Positions 35,208 to 42,780 of a stretch of 64,000 nucleotides of DNA are shown here, one piece after another. This DNA comes from a virus. The notes under the pieces were generated by a model. The model made no database searches. It had not been told where the DNA came from and saw nothing but the letters and a program-made list of their open reading frames with translations. Made by a program: the position numbers and the translations under genes. Location: the IMG/VR virus record IMGVR_UViG_3300046792_000467. The stretch is one strand, 5' to 3'. The number at the start of each line of letters is the position of its first letter. Positions within the stretch are counted from its first letter, which is position 1.

Positions 35208-36674
35208 CTCGAGAGCGACGTAACGAAGTTGTGGGAACGGAAGTGGCATTCTCGGCCATCGCGGCGCGCGTGCGCACCCCCTCGAGAGCGACGTAACGAA
35301 GTTGTGGGAACGGAAGTTCAGGAGGGCGCGGATCGGCGACAGGTAGAGCACCGCTCGAGAGCGACGTAACGAAGTTGTGGGAACGGAAGATCGTACCGAT
35401 GACCGGACGCACCCAGTCACGAAGGCTCGAGAGCGACGTAACGAAGTTGTGGGAACGGAAGGACGGGTGACCCCAGGCGTCGCGGATGGCGTTCTCAACG
35501 GCTCGAGAGCGACGTAACGAAGTTGTGGGAACGGAAGTCGCCCGCGGCCCCCGTCACGAACGTGTTCGGGAGCTCGAGAGCGACGTAACGAAGTTGTGGG
35601 AACGGAAGATGGTCGGCGCGACCGAGGTGCGCATGCCGGCGCGGGCTCGAGAGCGACGTAACGAAGTTGTGGGAACGGAAGTTGCTCCGACGAATGATTG
35701 TGTCGGCGCGCTCGTGATCTCGAGAACGACGTAACGAAGTTGTGGGAACGGAAGCAGGTAATCAAGTCGTACGAATCGGAGCCGGCGGACCTCGAGAGCG
35801 ACGTAACGAAGTTGTGGGAATGGAAGCGCCTATGCGCCCCGCCACCTCCCGGCGAGTCATCCTCTCGAGAGCGACGTAACGAAGTTGTGGGAATGGAAGG
35901 CGAGTCACTGGGTCCTCGCTGGCGGCGACGAAGTTGTGGGAATGGAAGGCAGGAGTTTGCGCAGGCGCAGCGCGCTCCGTGCGCGCCGAGAGTGATATGA
36001 CGAAGTTGTGGACATGGAAGATGGCCTCCGACGTGTCCTCCGTCGTCGTGGTCTTCGTCGAGAGCGACATGACGAAGTTGTGGACATGGAAGTGACTAGC
36101 CCACGGAGTGCGCGCCGGAGGTTCGCGGTGGTCGAGAGCGACATGACGAAGTTGTGGACATGGAAGATAGTCAGCGGTCCTGCCGTCACTCCGGTCACCG
36201 CGGTCGAGAGCGACATGACGAAGTTGTGGACATGGAAGGCGCTGGTCCGCGAAAGCGCAAGGGATCACGAAGAGGGTCGAGAGCGACATGACGAAGTTGT
36301 GGACATGGAAGGAGAACAGCGAAATTCGTCGGGTTGTCGACCAGCATGGAGGTCGAGAGCGACATGACGAAGTTGTGGACATGGAAGAGGCCGCGTCCGG
36401 GTTGTTCGGCACGCGTCCCGCCTGAGTCGAGAGCGACATGACGAAGTTGTGGACATGGAAGCAGCCGAACGCGAAGCTCGGGCGGTTTCCGAGGCTCGCG
36501 CGGGTCGAGAGCGACGTGACGAAGTTGTGGACATGGAAGTTCCGCGCACCCGGCAGATTCTGGAAACGCACGTCCGGTCGAGAGCGACGTGACGAAGTTG
36601 TGGAAATGGAAGGCCACGATGGCGGACACGTCTGCTAGACCGAGAGCGACGCGAAGAAGTTGTGGGAATGGAAG
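35208..36674 (+). CRISPR. CRISPR array: 21 repeats of 36 nt (one truncated) and 20 spacers
   Basis: Repeats 1-10 are CTCGAGAGCGACGTAACGAAGTTGTGGGAA[C/T]GGAAG. Repeats 12-20 are GTCGAGAGCGAC[A/G]TGACGAAGTTGTGGA[C/A]ATGGAAG. The terminal repeat is degenerate. Full spacers are 35-42 nt and all differ; the other two are the roughly 24-nt remnant in the truncated 48-nt unit at 35900-35947 and the 26-nt last spacer. Confidence 0.95.
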
Positions 36675-36753
36675 GTCATGCGGGATGTGCATTGGCGCCG
36701 TGAAGGCGGCGCTCGGTGGGACCTAAGTTGGGCCCGGCGAGCGAAACTATACG

Positions 36754-36795
36754 GCTGCTCGAGGCCTATAACGTCGAGACAAGGCCTCGAGCAGC
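36754..36795 (+). terminator. 13-bp perfect stem-loop downstream of the array
   Basis: GCTGCTCGAGGCC-(16 nt)-GGCCTCGAGCAGC read directly; only a weak U-tract (TAGTT) follows. Confidence 0.4.
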
Positions 36796-36846
36796 TAGTT
36801 CGGACAGCTGTCGCGGCGGCTATCGAATTAGCGTAGACTTCCTGCC

Positions 36847-37959
36847 ATGCGCCGGAACGACTCCGCGACTGCCCCGGTGCCCCGCGCTCTTGTCGATCGC
36901 GCAGCGCAGCGCGCGGCTCGCAAGTTCGGCCCGATGGGCAGAGTCGAGCTGCCGGTGATGCCGGCGAACCTGCAGCACATCGCCGAAGGCATCGCGTGGT
37001 CGTCGTTCATTGCCGCGAACCTGGATAGGTTTCAGCGCACGCTCGATGTCCCGCTCGGAGCCGAGCTCGGGTGTGGGCGGTTTGGGTGCGTCTTCGCGAG
37101 CGAAGAGCCGTGGGTCATCAAAATCACACGAGACGAATCCGAAGGCCCCGTGTGGCGCTACCAGCAGGAACTCCTCAACAAGCCCGACGAGGGCTTCGAG
37201 GAGCTACCGGAGTTGCTCCCGGCGTTTCTGCAAGTGCATGACGTCGTGCGCGTCACCCCCGACGTCATCTTCAATGGGGAGTCGCAGCCGGTCTACGGCA
37301 TCGTGCGGGAGTCGGCGGCGCCCATCTTCACGCAAGTAGCGGTGCGCAATCCGTTCAACGACACACCGACGTACAAGATGGCGCTCTCCGAGGAGACGGA
37401 GCGGAAGATCGGTCTCTCGCCGGTCGCCCTGAAACGCGTGGGGCTTCCGTCGCCGGTCCTCTACTCCTCCCTGTCCGAAGCGATCGCTCGGTTCCATCCT
37501 GGGGTACAGAAAAAGTTCTCCCTCCTCCACCAGACGCTGGAGGCCACCAGGCGCTATAGGATGGCCGCCGACCGCTTCGGGAACCTCCGCTGGGTGCCGA
37601 TGCGCCTGAAGGAGGGAGGCGGCACCAAGCGCGAGCAGGAAGCCGCTGCTGAGCTCGCCGACGACGCACTCCGGGACATGGCGGTCGCCTGGCGGGAGCT
37701 CCAGAGAAACCCCCTCGGAGCCGAGCTCGGGCTCACCCTCGAGACGGCGCTCAATTCCGCAGATCTCGCCTTCCGAGATCTACACGCGTTCAACATCGGC
37801 TGGCGCACCCACGAGGTGATCGACGGCGTGACTCGCCCCATGTGTATGGTCATTCTGGACCCGGGCGCGATGGCCACGCCGGTGCAGCCGGACATCCGAG
37901 AGGTCGAGCTCCTCGAGAACGCGGGGCGGTACCTGAGGAACGCAGGCCTCATCCGGTGA
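36847..37959 (+). CDS. protein-kinase-like protein
   Basis: Gly-loop LGCGRFGCVF, then WVIKI (Lys), FRDLHAFNIGW (D-L-H-x-x-N catalytic-loop-like) and VILDPG (DFG-like). Confidence 0.5.
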   Translation: MRRNDSATAPVPRALVDRAAQRAARKFGPMGRVELPVMPANLQHIAEGIAWSSFIAANLDRFQRTLDVPLGAELGCGRFGCVFASEEPWVIKITRDESEGPVWRYQQELLNKPDEGFEELPELLPAFLQVHDVVRVTPDVIFNGESQPVYGIVRESAAPIFTQVAVRNPFNDTPTYKMALSEETERKIGLSPVALKRVGLPSPVLYSSLSEAIARFHPGVQKKFSLLHQTLEATRRYRMAADRFGNLRWVPMRLKEGGGTKREQEAAAELADDALRDMAVAWRELQRNPLGAELGLTLETALNSADLAFRDLHAFNIGWRTHEVIDGVTRPMCMVILDPGAMATPVQPDIREVELLENAGRYLRNAGLIR

Positions 37960-37962
37960 CTG

Positions 37963-38340
37963 TCATACGTAATCCGGAACGAGCCCAATTTTCTCCTTGA
38001 GCTTCTCGAGCCACGCCTTCGCTCTCCGTCTGATGCCGTTGTCCTCGTCTTCGATGATCGTCACCGTGTCGTCGTCCCCGAGACGCCAGCTCTTTTCGAT
38101 GAGCTGCTCTGCGTTGAGCACCGCGTGCGCTACGTTATCGCATTCGAGCTGAATCTCCTGCTGCGGAACGTCGAAGATCAGGCGCTCGCCAGCTGAGCCG
38201 CAGTACTGAAGAAAACTGTCCGTGTTGTTCGCCTCGACGATGACGAAGGGGTGCACCGCCGGGTCTTTCGCCATCATCCGCTCGAGGGCAGCGGTGAGCG
38301 GGTACCGGAGATGTTTTACCGCGACGACTTGCTTCTGCAT
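37963..38340 (-). CDS. hypothetical protein (125 aa)
   Basis: Internal Met MQKQVV of ORF 37963..38505. Confidence 0.45.
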   Translation of the reverse strand: MQKQVVAVKHLRYPLTAALERMMAKDPAVHPFVIVEANNTDSFLQYCGSAGERLIFDVPQQEIQLECDNVAHAVLNAEQLIEKSWRLGDDDTVTIIEDEDNGIRRRAKAWLEKLKEKIGLVPDYV

Positions 38341-38342
38341 CC

Positions 38343-38522
38343 TTAGTACCCGCCCGACTTGTACCACCCAGGCCCGTTCAGGATGAACGCGCTCTTCGAG
38401 ATGAGGCGCATCGCCGTATCCTGTTGCCCGCATTCGGGACACTTCTTGCTCGGCGGATCCGTGATCTTCTGCTCTTCTTCCCACGTGTGGCCGCACGCGC
38501 GGCACTGGTACTCATAGGTCAT
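38343..38522 (-). CDS. FmdB-family zinc-ribbon protein (59 aa, below the ORF-track cut-off)
   Basis: Hand-translated: MTYEYQCRACGHTWEEEQKITDPPSKKCPECGQQDTAMRLISKSAFILNGPGWYKSGGY, matching the YEY.C..CGH.FE...CP.CG pattern. Confidence 0.6.
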   Translation of the reverse strand: MTYEYQCRACGHTWEEEQKITDPPSKKCPECGQQDTAMRLISKSAFILNGPGWYKSGGY

Positions 38523-38767
38523 CGCGCCCGGAGCTCCCTATGCAGGGCCCAAATGATTTCTCCGGGGATCCACACGAACCAGACTACCGCTCGCACGACG
38601 AAGATCCCCGCAATGACCGAGCACGCCGCAAAGCGTCGCCATGCCTCCACGGGATCTCCGCAGCACGGACAGCGGCGCCTCCACGTGTTCCGGAGCGCCT
38701 TCCACATCACCGGCACGGCGATGAGCGCCGTTGCGATACCAACCGAGACGTAGAGTCGCCAGATCAC
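38519..38767 (-). CDS. small two-TM membrane protein (holin candidate)
   Basis: GTG start overlapping the stop of the SLT gene; two hydrophobic helices with a CPCCGD loop. Confidence 0.4.
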   Translation of the reverse strand: MIWRLYVSVGIATALIAVPVMWKALRNTWRRRCPCCGDPVEAWRRFAACSVIAGIFVVRAVVWFVWIPGEIIWALHRELRAR

Positions 38768-39429
38768 GTCGCCGCCTTGAGCCACTTTGGCTTCGCCGTG
38801 AGCCCAGCAATCACCGCCGCGGCATAGAGCCCGGCCCCTCCGACAGCGAGACCGAGCAGCGTCCGCCCGTACCGCGGGCTCATGTCGAGATACATGACGG
38901 CGGTGTTGTTCCACTTGATGACCGAGCCGGCGTAGTCGCCTGCCATCGCGAGGTTCCATGCATTGCGACCGGTGTCGCACACGCGTCCGCTGTTGTAGGC
39001 CGCCGCCATCTCCGGAAGCTGACCATCGCGCAGATTGGCTAGCTTGGCTAGCAGTTCAGCACCGACGCGAATATTTGCCTTCGGGTCGTACATGTCGTCC
39101 GGCGTCGCACCGAACCCAGCTGCCGTCGCCGGCATGATCTGCATGACGCCGATGGCGCCCGCGCCAGAGACCTTCGAGGCTTGGTCGCTCGGGTTCTCGG
39201 ACCAGAGGCCCGTCTCCTCGGTGGCGATGGCGAGAAGCCATGCGGGCGGGACTCCCGTGCTACCACCCGCGTCCAAAAACAATCCCCCCCAGTTGGCCCA
39301 CGTCTGCTCCATCTGTCGGAATTGAATGGTTCCTGGAGCGAAGAACGGCGTTCCTTGGCCTTGGACGGCGATGAGGCCGTCTCCCTGCATTTCCCAAGCG
39401 AGGCCGCCACAGGTGTTCGTAAAGGCCAC
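38764..39429 (-). CDS. SLT-domain lytic transglycosylase with C-terminal hydrophobic anchor
   Basis: ATEETGLWSE (catalytic Glu), GVMQIMP and AAYNSG motifs; C-terminal LLGLAVGGAGLYAAAVIAGL. Confidence 0.8.
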   Translation of the reverse strand: MAFTNTCGGLAWEMQGDGLIAVQGQGTPFFAPGTIQFRQMEQTWANWGGLFLDAGGSTGVPPAWLLAIATEETGLWSENPSDQASKVSGAGAIGVMQIMPATAAGFGATPDDMYDPKANIRVGAELLAKLANLRDGQLPEMAAAYNSGRVCDTGRNAWNLAMAGDYAGSVIKWNNTAVMYLDMSPRYGRTLLGLAVGGAGLYAAAVIAGLTAKPKWLKAAT

Positions 39430-39473
39430 GGCTACGGATTCTAGCGCAAGTCCCTCTGTGATAGCATCCCGGG

Positions 39474-40043
39474 GTGGATCGACGCTGGCTTCTCGGGGGT
39501 CTTCTGATCGCCAGCGGCGTTGGCCTGGCCGCGCTCGCCACCCGACGGCCCAAGATCACCGCCGCCTCCCGGGTCCTCCTGATCGGCGACAGCCTCGCGC
39601 TCGGGCTCACGACTCCGATGAAGCAGCTGGCCGAAGAGTCCGGGGTCTCCGGCTTTCTTGGCCACGGCATCGTCGGGACCCGGATCCCCGACTGGGCCGG
39701 GTCCGACTGGCTCGACCAGGCGCTCGTCGACTTCGAGCCGACGTTGATCTTGGTATCGCTCGGGACGAACGACGAGAAGACCGCGCCTGGCGCCGTCGGA
39801 CGCGAAGAGCCGTCGTTCCACGATCTCCTCGGGAAACTCCAAGGAACGGGCGCGCAAATCGTTTGGATTGGCCCACCGGAACTTCCGTTCCCACGCCAAG
39901 GCGTGTCGGACATGGTCAGAGCGGTCGTGCCTCACTACTTCGATAGCGAGCAGCTCGACATCCCGCGTTCACCCGACGGGCTTCACCCGAACGCAGCGGG
40001 GTACGCCGGATGGGCCGGCGCCATCTGGCAATGGCTCACGTAG
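39474..40043 (+). CDS. SGNH/GDSL hydrolase with N-terminal signal/anchor
   Basis: LLIGDSLALG (GDS block), SLGTNDE and DGLHPNAAGY (DxxH) blocks. Confidence 0.75.
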   Translation: MDRRWLLGGLLIASGVGLAALATRRPKITAASRVLLIGDSLALGLTTPMKQLAEESGVSGFLGHGIVGTRIPDWAGSDWLDQALVDFEPTLILVSLGTNDEKTAPGAVGREEPSFHDLLGKLQGTGAQIVWIGPPELPFPRQGVSDMVRAVVPHYFDSEQLDIPRSPDGLHPNAAGYAGWAGAIWQWLT

Positions 40044-40050
40044 GCGGACC

Positions 40051-40422
40051 ATGGCAAACGACAGAGCCGCCTTCGACGCCACCCTCAAACTCGCAGACAA
40101 GGCCCTGGGGGAGATCCAGGCACTTCTCGATCTCTTCGATCGCCCTGGCACCATCAAGCGTCTCCGCGATATCGCCGACCGATTCGACCGATTGCCTCAC
40201 CTCGAAAACGACATCGGGCTCCTCCGCTCTCGAATTCGCTCGATGATGTCAAGCGATCCTGACCGGACCCCCGTCACCGGCATCTCGAGCGAGATCGCAG
40301 CCGTTCGCGCCAGGTCCCGGGAACTCACCAAGCCCGGGGGGGTCACGCCAGCCCCCGAGGCCGTTCGCGTCATTCCTCGGCCGATCTCGCGCGGCGACCC
40401 CGAAGATCCGAAGAAAACATAG
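40051..40422 (+). CDS. hypothetical protein (123 aa)
   Basis: In-frame ATG after the upstream stop. Confidence 0.45.
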   Translation: MANDRAAFDATLKLADKALGEIQALLDLFDRPGTIKRLRDIADRFDRLPHLENDIGLLRSRIRSMMSSDPDRTPVTGISSEIAAVRARSRELTKPGGVTPAPEAVRVIPRPISRGDPEDPKKT

Positions 40423-40427
40423 CCCTT

Positions 40428-40457
40428 GGCTAGCCTGGATAGCTCTGCTAGCCTAAC
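40428..40457. promoter_or_regulatory. cluster of GGCTAGCC-type boxes
   Basis: GGCTAGCC-T-GGATAGCT-C-TGCTAGCC-TAAC directly upstream of the GTG start at 40463. Confidence 0.5.
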
Positions 40458-40462
40458 TCCCT

Positions 40463-40660
40463 GTGCCGCCCAAGAAAAAGCCCCCCGTGTCCACTCCCGG
40501 CATGTCCCGCGGGAGGCGGGGCATGTTCTTGCGCCTTCCACTCGACGTGTACCAGAAGCTGGAACGCATGACCCTGGCTCAGGTCTCTGAAGGGAACCGA
40601 GGGACGATCCAGGGCACGGTCATCAACTTGATCCAGCAGGCAAAAGAGAAGCGGGCGTAG
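40463..40660 (+). CDS. ribbon-helix-helix-like small DNA-binding protein
   Basis: Basic N-terminus, then LRLPLDVYQKLERMT... typical of the RHH/CopG strand-helix pattern. Confidence 0.45.
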   Translation: MPPKKKPPVSTPGMSRGRRGMFLRLPLDVYQKLERMTLAQVSEGNRGTIQGTVINLIQQAKEKRA

Positions 40661-40661
40661 C

Positions 40662-40889
40662 GTGGGCGCGCACATCATCGAGGGCGAGTTTCAAAGCGAC
40701 AAATATCCGACCTGCCCCCGCGGCAAGGTCCCGCTGTCGGTGAAGGATACAACAGCGCAAGACCTTTTGTGGGAGTACGCACAACGTCGGCGGGCCATGG
40801 ATGCGGAGTTCGCGGATGATCTGGAACTCGCCCTTCGGAACGCAGGTTACGAACCCGGGTTGCGGAGAGAGCTAACTAGCCCTGGATGA
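40662..40889 (+). CDS. hypothetical protein (75 aa)
   Basis: ORF track. Confidence 0.4.
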   Translation: MGAHIIEGEFQSDKYPTCPRGKVPLSVKDTTAQDLLWEYAQRRRAMDAEFADDLELALRNAGYEPGLRRELTSPG

Positions 40890-41757
40890 CGCGGAAGAGA
40901 CCCGAGGCGGTCCCTACTCCGCCGGCTGGGGTTATCACCCGGAAGCCGATCCTGTCGAGCAACGTCGGAGCGGCAGTGGCTGACGTCGGAAGGAGCAAGC
41001 CGAGCGTCGGCAGCGCGATGTTCTCATCCTCGTTCGCCCCTTCGACCTGAGCGACGATCGAGGCGATCACCTGAGGTGTTCCGAGCGGGTCATAGACCAC
41101 CTCCACGGTCACCGGTGCCGGGAATGCGTCCGCGCCAGTGAGCGTCACTGTCACGCTTGCGTCGATCGCTGCGAGGAGACCAACGCTTCCGTGGTACTGC
41201 AACTGTTGAGCAGTCAAGAGCGAGAACTTACCGTTCGAGAACAGCGACGCCATGTCGAGGATGTTCTCGGTAGCAGCAACGAGACTTCCGGAGAGATCGC
41301 CGGAAGCAAACGACGAGTTGGCGTTGCTCGGGATCTCCGCAAGTCCGAAGACGGACATCCCCATGAACACGGTTCCTTTGCTGCTACCCGCTAGCTCCTC
41401 GCCTATGAGGACGTAGGGGAGGGTAGCGGGCGGCGGATTCGGATTCGTGAGCGGAGGGGGCACCCCGGCGGCTGTCTTCGCCACCGCGAGCTCTTCTCCG
41501 GACCCGGCTTCGTAAAAGATCACTGGTGTGACTGCGCTGCTTGCCGGAAGGCCGCCTTCCACATCGACGGAAGGAGCGGACTCGATCAGGACGACGAAGG
41601 TATGGCCATCCCCTGCACCAGCGAGACTGATGCTGGCGATCGCGCCCGTGGTGGCGTCGATCGCCGCGTTGACTTTGGCCTGCAAGTCTTCTGCATCGGC
41701 ACTCTGAATGAAGAGGGCGGTGGCTGCGGCCGGGTCGGTGATGGTTCCGAAATTCAT
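40876..41757 (-). CDS. fibre-family paralogue without collagen repeats (293 aa)
   Basis: Shares the N-terminal module (AEDLQAKVNAAI...[14 protein letters not shown]...AGSSKGT.FMGM) with five other genes. Confidence 0.6.
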   Translation of the reverse strand: MNFGTITDPAAATALFIQSADAEDLQAKVNAAIDATTGAIASISLAGAGDGHTFVVLIESAPSVDVEGGLPASSAVTPVIFYEAGSGEELAVAKTAAGVPPPLTNPNPPPATLPYVLIGEELAGSSKGTVFMGMSVFGLAEIPSNANSSFASGDLSGSLVAATENILDMASLFSNGKFSLLTAQQLQYHGSVGLLAAIDASVTVTLTGADAFPAPVTVEVVYDPLGTPQVIASIVAQVEGANEDENIALPTLGLLLPTSATAAPTLLDRIGFRVITPAGGVGTASGLFRVIQG

Positions 41758-41779
41758 TGGGAGGCTCCTCCCCGAGAGA

Positions 41780-42274
41780 TTACCGTCTGAGGAGGTGCCT
41801 GGCGAGAGCTACCCCGCCGCCGGCGAGCGCGAGCCCTAAAATCACGCGCGGCGCGGGTCGGTCGAAGAAGGGGCGGTCTTCCGGCCACTCTCCAGAAAAG
41901 GCTGGACATTCCGCCCCTGTTGGGCAGATGTCGTGCATCGCCACGTCCGGGTGCCACTCGAAATGCCCCGGATCTTGCGGCACCTTCCAGTCCCCTCCCC
42001 AGACGCCCCCGAGCCGCTTCCAGTAGTCCCCGAGGATAGCGTAGTCACTGAAGGGCCCCGCGATCTGCAAGTCCGCGGCGCGCCCCCAGACGTGCCAGGA
42101 CTGGCAGCCCGCCACCGTCGTCGCGACCCCTGCCCCTCCCTCGTAGATGGCGTTCTGTTCGGAGCACGTCCGGAGCGTAGAGATGACCTTCGCGTCGATG
42201 CCCTGATTGGCCGCGAATTGCAGAAGCTGGGACAGCTTCTGCTCCATCCATGGCGTGAGGCCGGTGTCCGACAT
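41780..42274 (-). CDS. peptidase M15 (VanY/L-Ala-D-Glu peptidase-like) endolysin with C-terminal hydrophobic anchor
   Basis: SWHVWGRAADL (SxHxxGxAxD) and DPGHFEWH motifs; C-terminal VILGLALAGGGVALA. Confidence 0.75.
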   Translation of the reverse strand: MSDTGLTPWMEQKLSQLLQFAANQGIDAKVISTLRTCSEQNAIYEGGAGVATTVAGCQSWHVWGRAADLQIAGPFSDYAILGDYWKRLGGVWGGDWKVPQDPGHFEWHPDVAMHDICPTGAECPAFSGEWPEDRPFFDRPAPRVILGLALAGGGVALARHLLRR

Positions 42275-42768
42275 CAGTCGTCCGCGAACTCATCGAGCGG
42301 TGAACCGTCTTCGTCTTCTTCGTAAAACACCGGCTCGGCCCGCGGCATTTCCTTCCTCAGTGGCGCGCCTGTCATGGGATCGTACATCCAACCCATGGCG
42401 TCGACCATTGGGCGCTGCATCGGCATCCGCTCGGAGAGCGGCCCTGTCTCTTCGATTTCGGCGGCCACCACACGCGTGCTCCGCCGCTGCACCTTGCCCG
42501 GAGGGAGCCGGTTGGCCCGGAGGGCTTGCGTAACGTTCTGCCCGGTCCCCGCCGCGTACTGAGCCACGAGCTGGAAGTTCCGAGAACGCGGGCTCGTCGT
42601 GACCGACCGGTCGTGCTTCCCCTCGGTCGCACCGATGCGGGCGAGCGACTTCGCCGCCTCGAGCCCGAGCGGCTTGTTGTTCACCTGGCGGATCGGTTTC
42701 TTCCTATCCCGGATCGCCATCTCGAAGACGAAGTACTTCTCGTTCGCGGCGGTTGCTCTCTTGGTCAT
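42274..42768 (-). CDS. hypothetical basic protein (164 aa)
   Basis: ORF track. Confidence 0.5.
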   Translation of the reverse strand: MTKRATAANEKYFVFEMAIRDRKKPIRQVNNKPLGLEAAKSLARIGATEGKHDRSVTTSPRSRNFQLVAQYAAGTGQNVTQALRANRLPPGKVQRRSTRVVAAEIEETGPLSERMPMQRPMVDAMGWMYDPMTGAPLRKEMPRAEPVFYEEDEDGSPLDEFADD

Positions 42769-42780
42769 CTTGGTTTCTCC

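Noticed and set aside
35172-36692. ORFs across the CRISPR array on both strands, with repeating peptides such as FPQLRYVALE, SHNFVTSLS, ERRNEVVGTE and ESDMTKLWTWK
   Set aside because: The periodic peptide repeats are simply translations of the 36-nt CRISPR repeat. They are not genes.
36767-36782. The loop of the post-array hairpin contains ACGTCGAGACAA, which resembles the repeat 5' end GTCGAGAGCGAC. I considered it as a degenerate 22nd repeat
   Set aside because: The match is only 7 nt, the conserved 3' half (GAAGTTGTGG) is missing, and it lies inside a perfect 13-bp palindrome. It is better explained as a terminator-like hairpin.
32370-36850. Search for a tracrRNA anti-repeat (complement of GAAGTTGTGGGAACGGAAG) and for cas1/cas2/cas4 around the locus
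   Set aside because: I saw nothing convincing by eye. Only 5-6-nt coincidences were found, for example CCCAC at about 35101 and CCACAGG at about 32536. The check was not exhaustive, so absence is provisional.
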